Shown piece by piece: positions 21,850-30,679 of a stretch of DNA of 64,000 nucleotides (position 1 is its first letter; the number at the start of each line of letters is the position of its first letter). The stretch is from an uncultured Gammaproteobacteria bacterium. Its GTDB lineage: Bacteria; Pseudomonadota; Gammaproteobacteria; Pseudomonadales; Litorivicinaceae. The stretch lies in the NCBI GenBank assembly GCA_913057215.1, contig CAJXNQ010000006.1:5117-69116 (forward strand), given 5' to 3'. The position numbers and the translations under genes were made by a program. A model generated the notes under the pieces. It was not told where the DNA came from. It searched no databases and saw only the letters and a program-made list of their open reading frames with translations.

Positions 21850-22413
21850 CCGATCTGAGGCCTGCGTCTTCTGAAAAATGTTACTTAAATGCGCTTTGAC
21901 GGTGCGCTCTGTCACGTCCAACTGACGCGCGACCCGCTTATTCGACAACCCATCAGCAACACATCGTGCGACTTCACGTTCGCGAGGTGACAAATTCACA
22001 GGAATCCAACGCTCAGGCGACTCGTCTGTGATCAAATCACCCACCAAATGCTCAAGGACCTGTCGAGGCACCCAATATCCACCCTGTGACATCACGGCGT
22101 TGGCGCGATCCAGTGTCATTTTGTCAGTCGGTGCTTGGGAATATCCTTTGGCTCCCGCTTTGACCACAAGCGTTGCAGTCGACCGATCCAATTGTGTATC
22201 AATCACCCAGACCGGCTGATGCTCTCGCTCCAACAGGTCTGTTAAACACTGATTCAAACCGTCTCGTGTGGTGTTCAACGCGTACACCCATAATTGACAG
22301 GGCGGACGATCCACAACCGAGGCCCCCAAGCGATGCCAGATAAAGCGATGTGACATGCTCCGCACTGCCGCCAAATCGACACCCGTATCCGCACATAAAC
22401 CGACTGAGATCAT
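21787..22413 (-). CDS. LuxR/CsgD-type transcriptional regulator with an atypical (Asp-less) receiver-like domain
   Basis: C-terminal LuxR HTH LSPREREVARCVADGLSNKRVARQLDVTERTVKAHLSNIF. I chose the ATG at 22413 because of the strong GGAGG 8 nt upstream. Confidence 0.75.
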   Translation of the reverse strand: MISVGLCADTGVDLAAVRSMSHRFIWHRLGASVVDRPPCQLWVYALNTTRDGLNQCLTDLLEREHQPVWVIDTQLDRSTATLVVKAGAKGYSQAPTDKMTLDRANAVMSQGGYWVPRQVLEHLVGDLITDESPERWIPVNLSPREREVARCVADGLSNKRVARQLDVTERTVKAHLSNIFQKTQASDRLELALLMKGELPERVRINLE

Positions 22414-22539
22414 TGCAGTTACCTCCGATGCACCATTGTTCATTTCTGGAAAACCGCTGCGACCTCTAAGTTGGTGCATTTATGCACCAATAAACGCAAA
22501 TTGCACCGCTGTGGTATGATGTGTATAAAGGATGAAAAG

Positions 22540-22989
22540 ATGAAAACACTTCCCCCACCACTTGGATTGCTCGAATTCCTCGAACGGGTCCATTCCGATG
22601 CCAAGGTGTATGCGATTGAGGAGCCGACCGACCAACTGAGCCTGTCGCTCGGTTGCCGCGAGGACGAAATTCTGAAAACCAGTTTGATTCTGTCCACACG
22701 ATACGCACCACGGCTGCATATTCATCCGTATCAAAAGCCTGCGTCTCTTGACGCTGGAGAGAAACTTGCCAACGCGACGCAAGTCTATCTATTGACAGGC
22801 TATCAGGCTGATTGGTTGCCGCCGTTTGGGCATCCACATCTGTTTTACACGACCCTCGACGCCGCGATCGATGACGCGCCCTGCGTGTACATTGCAGCCG
22901 GCCTTCCGCATGGATTGATGGCGCTCACACCCGACGAGCTCAGATCTCTCACGGATTATGCGCACTGGTCACAAGTGTTTGCCGCCTAA
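22540..22989 (+). CDS. YbaK/aminoacyl-tRNA editing domain-like protein
   Basis: 149 aa. The ILKTSLIL (conserved Lys), TGYQADWLPPFGH and CVYIAAG patterns resemble YbaK/ProX deacylases. AAGGA RBS 7 nt before the ATG at 22540. Confidence 0.55.
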   Translation: MKTLPPPLGLLEFLERVHSDAKVYAIEEPTDQLSLSLGCREDEILKTSLILSTRYAPRLHIHPYQKPASLDAGEKLANATQVYLLTGYQADWLPPFGHPHLFYTTLDAAIDDAPCVYIAAGLPHGLMALTPDELRSLTDYAHWSQVFAA

Positions 22990-23085
22990 CAGCATGATCT
23001 TAGCCAACACGGCTGCAGCCTCATACCGACTGCTCTGAGACAGCGCGAGCCAATCTCGAGGGTCATCACATGTCTATCTCATACC

Positions 23086-23274
23086 TCAACATTCATCGTC
23101 TCGCTTCACGTGTAATTCAACGTCCCCGCTGATCGATACCTGTAACTCCATCAGCATGGGTGCACAACACACTTGGCAATCCTGCCAGTACGACTGCTCG
23201 CCTGCGCTTGAATCAACATCAACCTCTTGCGATTCACCGCAATACGGACACGAAATTTCAAAAAAATCGAACAT
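23086..23274 (-). CDS. CPXCG motif-containing cysteine-rich protein
   Basis: 62 aa: MFDFFEISCPYCGESQEVDVD...QDCQVCCAPM. The CPYCG ... CxVCC arrangement is typical of this small zinc-ribbon-like family. Confidence 0.65.
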   Translation of the reverse strand: MFDFFEISCPYCGESQEVDVDSSAGEQSYWQDCQVCCAPMLMELQVSISGDVELHVKRDDEC

Positions 23275-23558
23275 TTTTTCCCTTTGGTCCCTAGTGATCT
23301 TGAGACCTGCCAAGTCACTTCAAATCGGCCGAATCGTTCGCCTACAAACGAGCCAAAATCACCACATTTTCGGGCTTTCTCGACCTTAGTCAAAGGTCGT
23401 AACGCCTTGCACGCGAACAAATTCATTAGGCATCGAATATTTTGCGCCGCAATAACATTGCTAACACCCTAAAAAATAATTGATTTTCCCCTCTTGCAGC
23501 CCCTCATTTTTTGACTACACTGCGCGCAAATTCACACACCACAAAGGAGGAATACGCG

Positions 23559-23885
23559 ATGAACGACCACATCATGCTGGGTCTTGGTTTCGTTGGTGGA
23601 TTGATCTACCTCGCGGCGTATGTCTGCTTAACGCGTGGGTGGATTTCCGGAACTGGCTATGCGTTTCATAGTGTATCCGTGTTCAGTTGCATCTTGGTGG
23701 CTGTCTCAAGCGCCTACTCACAGGCGTGGCCATCGGCGGCAATGAATGTTGTCTTTGTGATGATTGGCGCGGTCTATCTGGCACGAAAGGCCATCGCAGA
23801 TGCCAAACAGACTCCAGAGACGGTCACTGACGCAGCGGATTTGACCTACCAAGCACCGAAGAACGAGTTCGAGGCGGCCGCCTAA
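23559..23885 (+). CDS. Small integral membrane protein (3 predicted TM helices), function unknown
   Basis: Strong AAAGGAGG RBS 8 nt upstream of the ATG at 23559. Three hydrophobic stretches followed by a polar tail. Confidence 0.55.
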   Translation: MNDHIMLGLGFVGGLIYLAAYVCLTRGWISGTGYAFHSVSVFSCILVAVSSAYSQAWPSAAMNVVFVMIGAVYLARKAIADAKQTPETVTDAADLTYQAPKNEFEAAA

Positions 23886-23947
23886 TATCCTGTCTTGCAT
23901 TTCTCGTCGCACCCGCTATCTTTGATCAAAAATAACGGGTGTTTCAG

Positions 23948-24166
23948 ATGGAATTGAAGCGAATCTCAAAACGAACGTTCTGCGTCACAGACTGCGGGAC
24001 AGCCCTTGGAATCATCCAAAAACTACACATCAAACGTCGATGGGAATATGCAGCCTTTGAGGGATGCGGGATTGCCAAGCGGCACATAATGTTCAATAAG
24101 TTAAGGGATTTACGCGACTTTATTGAACAAGCTCACGGTTCAGATCAAACGACCAAACATTTTTAA
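23948..24166 (+). CDS. Hypothetical small basic protein
   Basis: Open frame only (ATG 23948, or GTG 23939). No recognisable motif. Confidence 0.25.
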   Translation: MELKRISKRTFCVTDCGTALGIIQKLHIKRRWEYAAFEGCGIAKRHIMFNKLRDLRDFIEQAHGSDQTTKHF

Positions 24167-24176
24167 AGCGTTCTGC

Positions 24177-24204
24177 TTGCACGCCACGAAAAAATCTCTA
24201 CACT
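24177..24204 (+). promoter_or_regulatory. Candidate sigma-70 promoter for speH-speE
   Basis: TTGCAC (24177-24182), 16-nt spacer, TACACT (24199-24204). It would give a leader of roughly 110 nt before the TTG start at 24323. Confidence 0.3.
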
Positions 24205-24322
24205 CCGCGTCATCTGAGCTGACGACTAGAGGATTTATGCTCGTTTAAATGCGCGGTACCGCCTGGTGGTGTGTATCGTTTCGATGTCACATTCACCGAA
24301 GATCTAGGGGGTATCACCTGAA

Positions 24323-24769
24323 TTGAGCACAACGCTGACTGCCGTGGCCACATCCAATTGGCCGCAACACGATCAAGTCGAAGACCGAGATCAGTCACTT
24401 GATCACTTCATCCATCGCGATGGCGAAATCTTCGCTGGAACACACTTAATCATCGACCTCTGGGAAGCCAAAGATCTCGATTGTCTTGAGCGAATGGAAG
24501 CGGCTTTAAGAGCCTGTGTTGAAGAGTGCGCTGCGACCCTGTTGCATATCCATCTACATCACTTCACACCCAATGGTGGGATCAGTGGCGTGGCTGTTCT
24601 GGCCGAGAGCCACATTTCAGTCCACACCTGGCCTGAGAAAAATTACGCAGCATTTGATGTGTTTATGTGCGGTGATGCAAAGCCACATCGCGCGGTCGAA
24701 ATTCTGAGTCGATATTTCCGCCCTGATCGCCAAGAGGTACTTGAAGAGCGTCGCGGACGCGTTCTTTAA
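24323..24769 (+). CDS. speH: S-adenosylmethionine decarboxylase proenzyme, small class 1B (SpeH-type)
   Basis: GTHLIIDLW...GISGVAVLAESHISVHTWPE...FDVFMCG. The ES self-processing site and HTWPE motif are present. TTG start, with GGGGG 8-9 nt upstream. Confidence 0.88.
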   Translation: MSTTLTAVATSNWPQHDQVEDRDQSLDHFIHRDGEIFAGTHLIIDLWEAKDLDCLERMEAALRACVEECAATLLHIHLHHFTPNGGISGVAVLAESHISVHTWPEKNYAAFDVFMCGDAKPHRAVEILSRYFRPDRQEVLEERRGRVL

Positions 24770-25608
24770 TGCGCTTTCAGGAAACGCTCTACCCAGAATG
24801 GGGCCAAAATTTTGCCAACGACCGTATTCTGTTCGAGATAGAGACGGATCATCAGCATCTCGTCATCTTTGAAAATACGCGATTTGGACGGGTCATGGCG
24901 CTCGATGGCGTCATTCAGACGACCGAATCTGACGAATACATCTACCACGAGATGATGGTTCACGTGCCGCTTTTATCTCTCGCCGAGCCCAAACGGGTCT
25001 TGATTATCGGTGGTGGCGATGGTGGCATCTTACGTGAGGTGCTTAAGCATCCAAGTGTCTCGCATGTCACTCAGGTTGAAATTGATCAGGCAGTCGTGGA
25101 TCTCTGTCGGGAGTACTTTCCAAAGCACTCAGCAGGCGCATTTGATGACCCCCGATTGGATCTGGTCATCGCAGATGGCGCGACCTTTATGGAACAGTGC
25201 GAGGAAACCTTTGATTGCATCATCACAGATTCCACAGACCCAATCGGCCCAGGTGAGGTGCTCTTCGAATCCAGTTTTTATCAACACTGTGCAAAGTGTT
25301 TGACTGAGACAGGGGTATTAGTCACGCAAAATGGGGTGCCCTTCATGCAAGGCGATGAGGTCACCAATACATACAGACGTTGGCGGGATCTGTTTGTAAC
25401 CCGTCGGTTTTACCTGACCACCGTACCGACCTATGCAGGTGGCCCAATGGCTATGGGATATGCGCAAAAGCAGCAGACTGCAATCCCAAGCACTGATGTT
25501 CTTGACCAACGTTCTCAGAGTCTTGGACCACTTCGCTACTATACGCCTGAAGTTCATCATGGCGCGTTTGGGCTCCCTCAGTACGTACAAGAACTCATGA
25601 CCGACTAA
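24769..25608 (+). CDS. speE: Polyamine aminopropyltransferase (spermidine synthase)
   Basis: 279 aa. YHEMMVHVPL, VLIIGGGDGGILREVLKH, VEIDQAVV, DSTDPIGPG motifs. Confidence 0.93.
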   Translation: MRFQETLYPEWGQNFANDRILFEIETDHQHLVIFENTRFGRVMALDGVIQTTESDEYIYHEMMVHVPLLSLAEPKRVLIIGGGDGGILREVLKHPSVSHVTQVEIDQAVVDLCREYFPKHSAGAFDDPRLDLVIADGATFMEQCEETFDCIITDSTDPIGPGEVLFESSFYQHCAKCLTETGVLVTQNGVPFMQGDEVTNTYRRWRDLFVTRRFYLTTVPTYAGGPMAMGYAQKQQTAIPSTDVLDQRSQSLGPLRYYTPEVHHGAFGLPQYVQELMTD

Positions 25609-25702
25609 CAAATGGCGTGAGGCTCGGGTGCTTCACACTCAAGGCATGGTTCATCCAGTTGCCTTTCGTTATGCTTGATATGACAACGCATGGAGATCAT
25701 GG

Positions 25703-26107
25703 ATGTTTCGGACATTGCTGACCGGTAAATTACATCGAGTCACCACAACCGCAGCCGAGGTTGATTACATCGGCTCCTGCGCGATCGACGCAGCCCTCAT
25801 GGAGGCAGCTGGCATCATCCCAAACGAGCAGATTCATCTATGGAACGTGACCAATGGCGCGCGGTTGGTCACCTACGCCATCGAGGCACCGGCCAATTCA
25901 GGAATCATCTCAGTCAATGGTTCTGCTGCGCACCAAGCACGCATCGGTGACATCCTGATTTTAGCGGCCTTCGGCCAATTCAGTGAGGAAGAAGCGCACA
26001 TCCATCAGCCACGCGTCATCTTTGTTGATCAGCACAATCGGCGTATTAGTCAAACAGATGCTGAACAACTAGGTATTGTGACCGAACCGGTTCCGAATCC
26101 GACGTAA
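25703..26107 (+). CDS. panD: Aspartate 1-decarboxylase proenzyme
   Basis: MFRTLLTGKLHRVTTTAAEVDYIGSCAID. The Gly24-Ser25 processing site is at the same position as in E. coli PanD, and ISVNGSAAH is present. Confidence 0.92.
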   Translation: MFRTLLTGKLHRVTTTAAEVDYIGSCAIDAALMEAAGIIPNEQIHLWNVTNGARLVTYAIEAPANSGIISVNGSAAHQARIGDILILAAFGQFSEEEAHIHQPRVIFVDQHNRRISQTDAEQLGIVTEPVPNPT

Positions 26108-27268
26108 GGTCCACCACACTGCAACCACCACCACAGGCGCCAAAATTGCCTTGATGTACTCTTTCAACTCAAGAGCAACGAAGGGCTCCACCATCGGTGA
26201 AATGAGACCCACACCGTAATACGCAATTGCGACTGTAGACAGACCTTCAACAGCCGACTGCAAGCGAATTTGGGTGTCTGCACTCCGATCAAGGCTTGCC
26301 AACAAGTCACGAGTTTGGCTTTGCAAATTCAATTGCAACTGGGTTCTTAAAAGCTCCGCCCGCTCGTTGACCTGTGCTGAGAGTTCAGCGCGCCTGCGCA
26401 TGACGGTTTCAGCAGTCGAGACCGCAGGGGTCAGCCGCCGTTTCAAGAAATGCCGGATGCCCACAAAACCATCCAATCCTTTCGCCGACAGTTGCGTCAA
26501 ACGATCAAAGACGAGCTCATGGTAGGCTTGATTGGCACCGACGCGCCAAGCTAACGACTCCCACACTTGATGCAGTTGATTCTCTTGTTCGGCCAACAAG
26601 CTCAGTGTCGAAATCATCTGCTCATGGTCTTGCACGACCGAAGCCTCTTTTGGCAAATGATTGGCAACACCTTGCAATACAGGATGCACTGCGCGAATTC
26701 GATCCATCCCCATCACAGCCAGCGTTCGGTACGTTTCAATTTCAAGCAACATTTGCAACAAGCGGCCGGCAGGCGCTGGTCCCGGATCTGCATCAAAAAT
26801 CACAGTCCAAGCCGTAAAACCGGCATTGTCTGCCGTAAAGTTACTCGCAGCGATCACAGAACCGTCACGCAGCGTACTTACCGCCTCAGCATCGTCTGGC
26901 AGTGTGCCACCCACCTTGGCTGTGACGCGAGCCAGGACCAACACATCTTGTGGTGATGCATCGATCCATTTCGAATCAGCGACCTCGGTAAACTGGATCC
27001 CCTCGGGCACCACCTGCGTGATTGAGACAAACTCAGTATGCCGCTCAATACGCACCCAGTTGTCCGTGCCAGTGCGCTCCCAGTGCCCTGCAAAGTCTTC
27101 TGGAAAATCTGAGAATCGTGCTTTCAGCCAGGTTCGAACCGCGTCACGAGACTTGGGCGAGACCCGAACGCATAAATGAACTAACCGGCAGTTGGCTGGG
27201 ATCTCAGGAAATGGACGTGCATGAAGCTCGCGATTCGCCTCCAGACGAATCTTATGTGGATCTTGCAT
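26069..27268 (-). CDS. DUF3422-like membrane-anchored protein, function unknown
   Basis: 399 aa. The N-terminus (R.EANRELHARPFPEIP) and two C-terminal TM helices fit my recollection of the DUF3422 family. Confidence 0.5.
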   Translation of the reverse strand: MQDPHKIRLEANRELHARPFPEIPANCRLVHLCVRVSPKSRDAVRTWLKARFSDFPEDFAGHWERTGTDNWVRIERHTEFVSITQVVPEGIQFTEVADSKWIDASPQDVLVLARVTAKVGGTLPDDAEAVSTLRDGSVIAASNFTADNAGFTAWTVIFDADPGPAPAGRLLQMLLEIETYRTLAVMGMDRIRAVHPVLQGVANHLPKEASVVQDHEQMISTLSLLAEQENQLHQVWESLAWRVGANQAYHELVFDRLTQLSAKGLDGFVGIRHFLKRRLTPAVSTAETVMRRRAELSAQVNERAELLRTQLQLNLQSQTRDLLASLDRSADTQIRLQSAVEGLSTVAIAYYGVGLISPMVEPFVALELKEYIKAILAPVVVVAVWWTLRRIRNRFGHNT

Positions 27269-27383
27269 GAAGTCGGCCTAAAACAATGAAATGCAGCCGG
27301 AGAGACTCAAGCACAGGCAGGTTAGAAGAACAAAACGCATGATGTATTCCCTTCATCAAATCGACACAACAGCACAACGCCGT

Positions 27384-29546
27384 TTATTCGTGGTTGGTCC
27401 CGAGCTCTCTCAAAATGTTCGGTTGCCGACTGCGGCTGTGCACAACGACAATACAGACACAAAGAATTCCCAGACCATTCGCGATCCAGTTTAGCGGATA
27501 AAAGCTCCCCGCTATACCCAAAAATAAAATCGGCCAATGCCACCATACCAATGGCCCCTCGGCGTATTGCTGAATGCATGCATTCAGTGCATAAATCCCA
27601 AATAGAGCAACCACTCCGATCTGCATCACCTCATCCCAGTTGCCAGAAATCAGTGGCGTGTAAGCGAACATCAAGGGGACGATATACAGCCCTTTGGCAG
27701 CTTTCCAAGCTTGAAAGCCGGTTGCCATGGGTGGAGACTTCGCGATCCCGGCTGCAGTGAAGGCCGCAAGACAAACCGGCGGAGTAACATTACTGTCCTG
27801 GCTGAGCCAAAAAATGATCAAGTGTGCAGTCAGTAAATACGTGGTTAAAAGCTCTGCATCAATGAGTACAGGCCGGATGGTCATCGCCACTTCAAACGGC
27901 ATCGCAGCCATGAGCTCCAGAGCTTCTGGGCGGGTCATGCCCGTGATGACCTTATCCACATGCGGACTCTCAACCAGCATAAACATGGCAGCCTGAGTGG
28001 CGTCAGAAATCCCAAGTACCAGCTGATCAACAATCACACTGTCAGCTAAGATTCCAGCAAGTGCTGGCGCACACAGAATTGCCAAAATAATGTAGGCAGC
28101 TGTAACCGGCAAACCCATCCCTAACACCAGCGATGCCAGCGCAATCAAGCCAATCGCGATGGCCACAGATCCCTGAGACCATTGCGCGATCATGAGTGAG
28201 AATCCATTACCAATACCGCTGGTGACAATGGCATTGTTAATGATGCCTATGGCCACCATCAGCACCGCCGTTAAAATGCCACTCCGCATGCCCAGCACGG
28301 ATGCATTGACGATGCGCTTGACGTTCATCACGTTGGCTTTGAGCGCATCAAGCCCAAAAAATTCACCCAACGCATATGACAACCATGAAACCCCGATTAA
28401 CGCTGCGATCGCACATGATGCAGCATAACTCGGTGTTACGCCGCTCATTAACAGAAAGATCATGACAGTCAGAGGAATCACGAACATCAGGAATCCTGCC
28501 AAGATCTTGCCGCGATCTACCGTCATATCTACACCATCACCGACACGGTGCTTCACTGCTTCAATACGAACTACAAAGGCAACGGATAGGAAATAAAGAA
28601 AAGCCGGGATGATGGAAACCGTGACAATCGTTGCGTATGGAATCGCCGTGTAACTGGCCATCACAAAAGCGCCCGCCCCCATGATCGGTGGCATCAACTG
28701 CCCGCCTGTAGAGGCCGCAGCCTCGACTCCCCCGGCAAACCGTCCTCGAAACCCGTTTGATTTCATCAGTGGGATTGTGATCACCCCTGTAGATGCTGTA
28801 TTTGCGACTGCAGAACCACTGATGGTTCCTGTCAGGGCTGAAGATAAGACGGCCACAAATGCCGCTCCACCTCGAATCTTACCGGCTACCACCTTGGAGA
28901 CTTCAATGACAAAATCACTGGCACCGGATACGACTAAAAAGCCGCCAAAAATCATGAATAACGCGATGTTTGACGATGAAATATTAGCAAGGATCCCGAA
29001 CAACCCCTCATCGTTGTAGAGCGTTCTGAATAACACGTCATCGATGGGTAAGCTCGCTGTACGGAACACTCCAGGCAGAGATTCCCCGAGAAATAAAATG
29101 TACGAGAGCGCGATCAGAATCAGAACCGGAATCACCCAACCGGAAACGCGCTTTGAGAAATCGAAAGCGGCAATAATCAACACAGCACCAGCAACCCAAT
29201 CGAAGCCATTGAATTGCCATGCCTGACCAGTAACGGCCAAGGTGTCTTCGTACAATCGAGATTCAGAGGCTGCGACCCAACAGCATGCGAATGCCACGGC
29301 AAGGCCGTAGATTAAATCAATGTATTCACCAGATTTTTCTGTCCAACGCGTCGGATACAGCACGCTGGTCAAGACAGCAAAACCGGCAAAATGAAGTGCG
29401 TTTTGCCACAGTCCTGGCTCATCTAGAAATAGATTGGTGGCGATGTGCCATGCTGCGAACCCAACAACCCACACCAAAAACAACCAATGAAGTATCGATT
29501 TATTTGGAGCATCTAAGTCGACCCAATGCTCGCGCGATTCATTCAT
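27384..29546 (-). CDS. TRAP transporter fused (DctQ-DctM type) permease, TAXI class
   Basis: 720 aa, highly hydrophobic with many TM segments. Immediately downstream of a TAXI-type binding protein. Confidence 0.88.
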   Translation of the reverse strand: MNESREHWVDLDAPNKSILHWLFLVWVVGFAAWHIATNLFLDEPGLWQNALHFAGFAVLTSVLYPTRWTEKSGEYIDLIYGLAVAFACCWVAASESRLYEDTLAVTGQAWQFNGFDWVAGAVLIIAAFDFSKRVSGWVIPVLILIALSYILFLGESLPGVFRTASLPIDDVLFRTLYNDEGLFGILANISSSNIALFMIFGGFLVVSGASDFVIEVSKVVAGKIRGGAAFVAVLSSALTGTISGSAVANTASTGVITIPLMKSNGFRGRFAGGVEAAASTGGQLMPPIMGAGAFVMASYTAIPYATIVTVSIIPAFLYFLSVAFVVRIEAVKHRVGDGVDMTVDRGKILAGFLMFVIPLTVMIFLLMSGVTPSYAASCAIAALIGVSWLSYALGEFFGLDALKANVMNVKRIVNASVLGMRSGILTAVLMVAIGIINNAIVTSGIGNGFSLMIAQWSQGSVAIAIGLIALASLVLGMGLPVTAAYIILAILCAPALAGILADSVIVDQLVLGISDATQAAMFMLVESPHVDKVITGMTRPEALELMAAMPFEVAMTIRPVLIDAELLTTYLLTAHLIIFWLSQDSNVTPPVCLAAFTAAGIAKSPPMATGFQAWKAAKGLYIVPLMFAYTPLISGNWDEVMQIGVVALFGIYALNACIQQYAEGPLVWWHWPILFLGIAGSFYPLNWIANGLGILCVCIVVVHSRSRQPNILRELGTNHE

Positions 29547-29617
29547 TACCGAGCCTTACGAAACTGATGAATTCGGTTGGGAAATTGTGCCGGATCCCAA
29601 TCCGGCACAATACGCCA

Positions 29618-30628
29618 TCACTCAGCGATCAAGTGAGCCGGTACATCAATTCCCACTTCACGGTAATACCGGAGCGCACCAGGATGCAAAGGAACCGGCA
29701 AGCCCGCGACTGCACTTTCAATGTTCATTGCCAGAGTCGCCTTATGAATAGCCTGCAAAAATGGAAGGTTCTCATACATGGTTTTGGTCAACAGATACAC
29801 ATGATCCGCATCCACCCGATCATTCACAGCCAAAAAGTTGGGCTGCGCGATCGTATTAATGTCTTTAGTTTGGCCTGGATAGGTTCCCGCAGATATGGTG
29901 TATGGCGTCCAAAGTTGACGACCACCATCCATCTGAGCGGCCTCATCCGGTGTCACATCAAGGATGGTAAATTGACCCTCGTTTGAAGCCATCAATTTTG
30001 TAATCGCGCCTGTTGGTGGCCCAGATGGAATTCCAGCGCCGGCAATCTGCCCGTTCGCCAGTGCATCCGCCGTCGGCCCATAGCCCGCATACGTCAGCTC
30101 AAAATCGCTGTCAATCGAGAGTCCTAGGCCCTCAAGCAATACTTTGTTCGAGCCTAAGGTTCCAGAGTTTTGTTTACCAAACCCCATACCCTCGCCTTTC
30201 AACGCAACCATGTCGGCCATCGTGCCTGTGTTCACTTTACTCGTTGGAATCACAAACTGCTCAACGTTCTGCCAGAGCATCGTAACCGACCGTAAATTCG
30301 TTTGCGGTTCAGAAATTGGACCAGTGCCGGTTGCTGCATAGGAACCATAGAGCCCCTGTAAAATTGCGAAATCGGCAGTTCCTGCACCCATGGCTTGAAC
30401 GTTCGCACCCGATCCTGCTGAGTTGACAGCCGTCAGACTGAATTTTTCTTTTGGTAATAGTTTGACCTTGGATAAGGTCGAAATCGCAGTGCCGACTGGG
30501 TGATACGTTCCCCCGGTCGAAGCAGTATTCAAAACATAATCAGTTGAATTTGCGTAAGTGATACCGGACGTGGTGAGCACACCAGCGAAGATTGCAGCCG
30601 ATATCGACAGCATTGAACGACGTTTCAT
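29618..30628 (-). CDS. TAXI-family TRAP transporter solute-binding protein
   Basis: Signal peptide, then TASTGGTYHPVGTAIS...SAGSGANV...HPGALRYYRE, all characteristic of TAXI receptors. Confidence 0.88.
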   Translation of the reverse strand: MKRRSMLSISAAIFAGVLTTSGITYANSTDYVLNTASTGGTYHPVGTAISTLSKVKLLPKEKFSLTAVNSAGSGANVQAMGAGTADFAILQGLYGSYAATGTGPISEPQTNLRSVTMLWQNVEQFVIPTSKVNTGTMADMVALKGEGMGFGKQNSGTLGSNKVLLEGLGLSIDSDFELTYAGYGPTADALANGQIAGAGIPSGPPTGAITKLMASNEGQFTILDVTPDEAAQMDGGRQLWTPYTISAGTYPGQTKDINTIAQPNFLAVNDRVDADHVYLLTKTMYENLPFLQAIHKATLAMNIESAVAGLPVPLHPGALRYYREVGIDVPAHLIAE

Positions 30629-30679
30629 CGTGGACTCCTTATTTTTCTGTTATTAAATGAGTCTATCCTTGACACTCTG

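Noticed and set aside
24253-24262. A perfect palindrome GCGGTACCGC in the speH leader, considered as a riboswitch or operator.
   Set aside because: A single 10-bp palindrome has no surrounding conserved structure that I can recognise. No known riboswitch class fits. It is kept only as a note inside the speH finding.
29285-29986. A 233-aa plus-strand ORF spanning the TRAP permease / TAXI gene junction.
   Set aside because: It is antisense to two well-supported genes, with an implausible composition and no start context. Treated as a shadow ORF.
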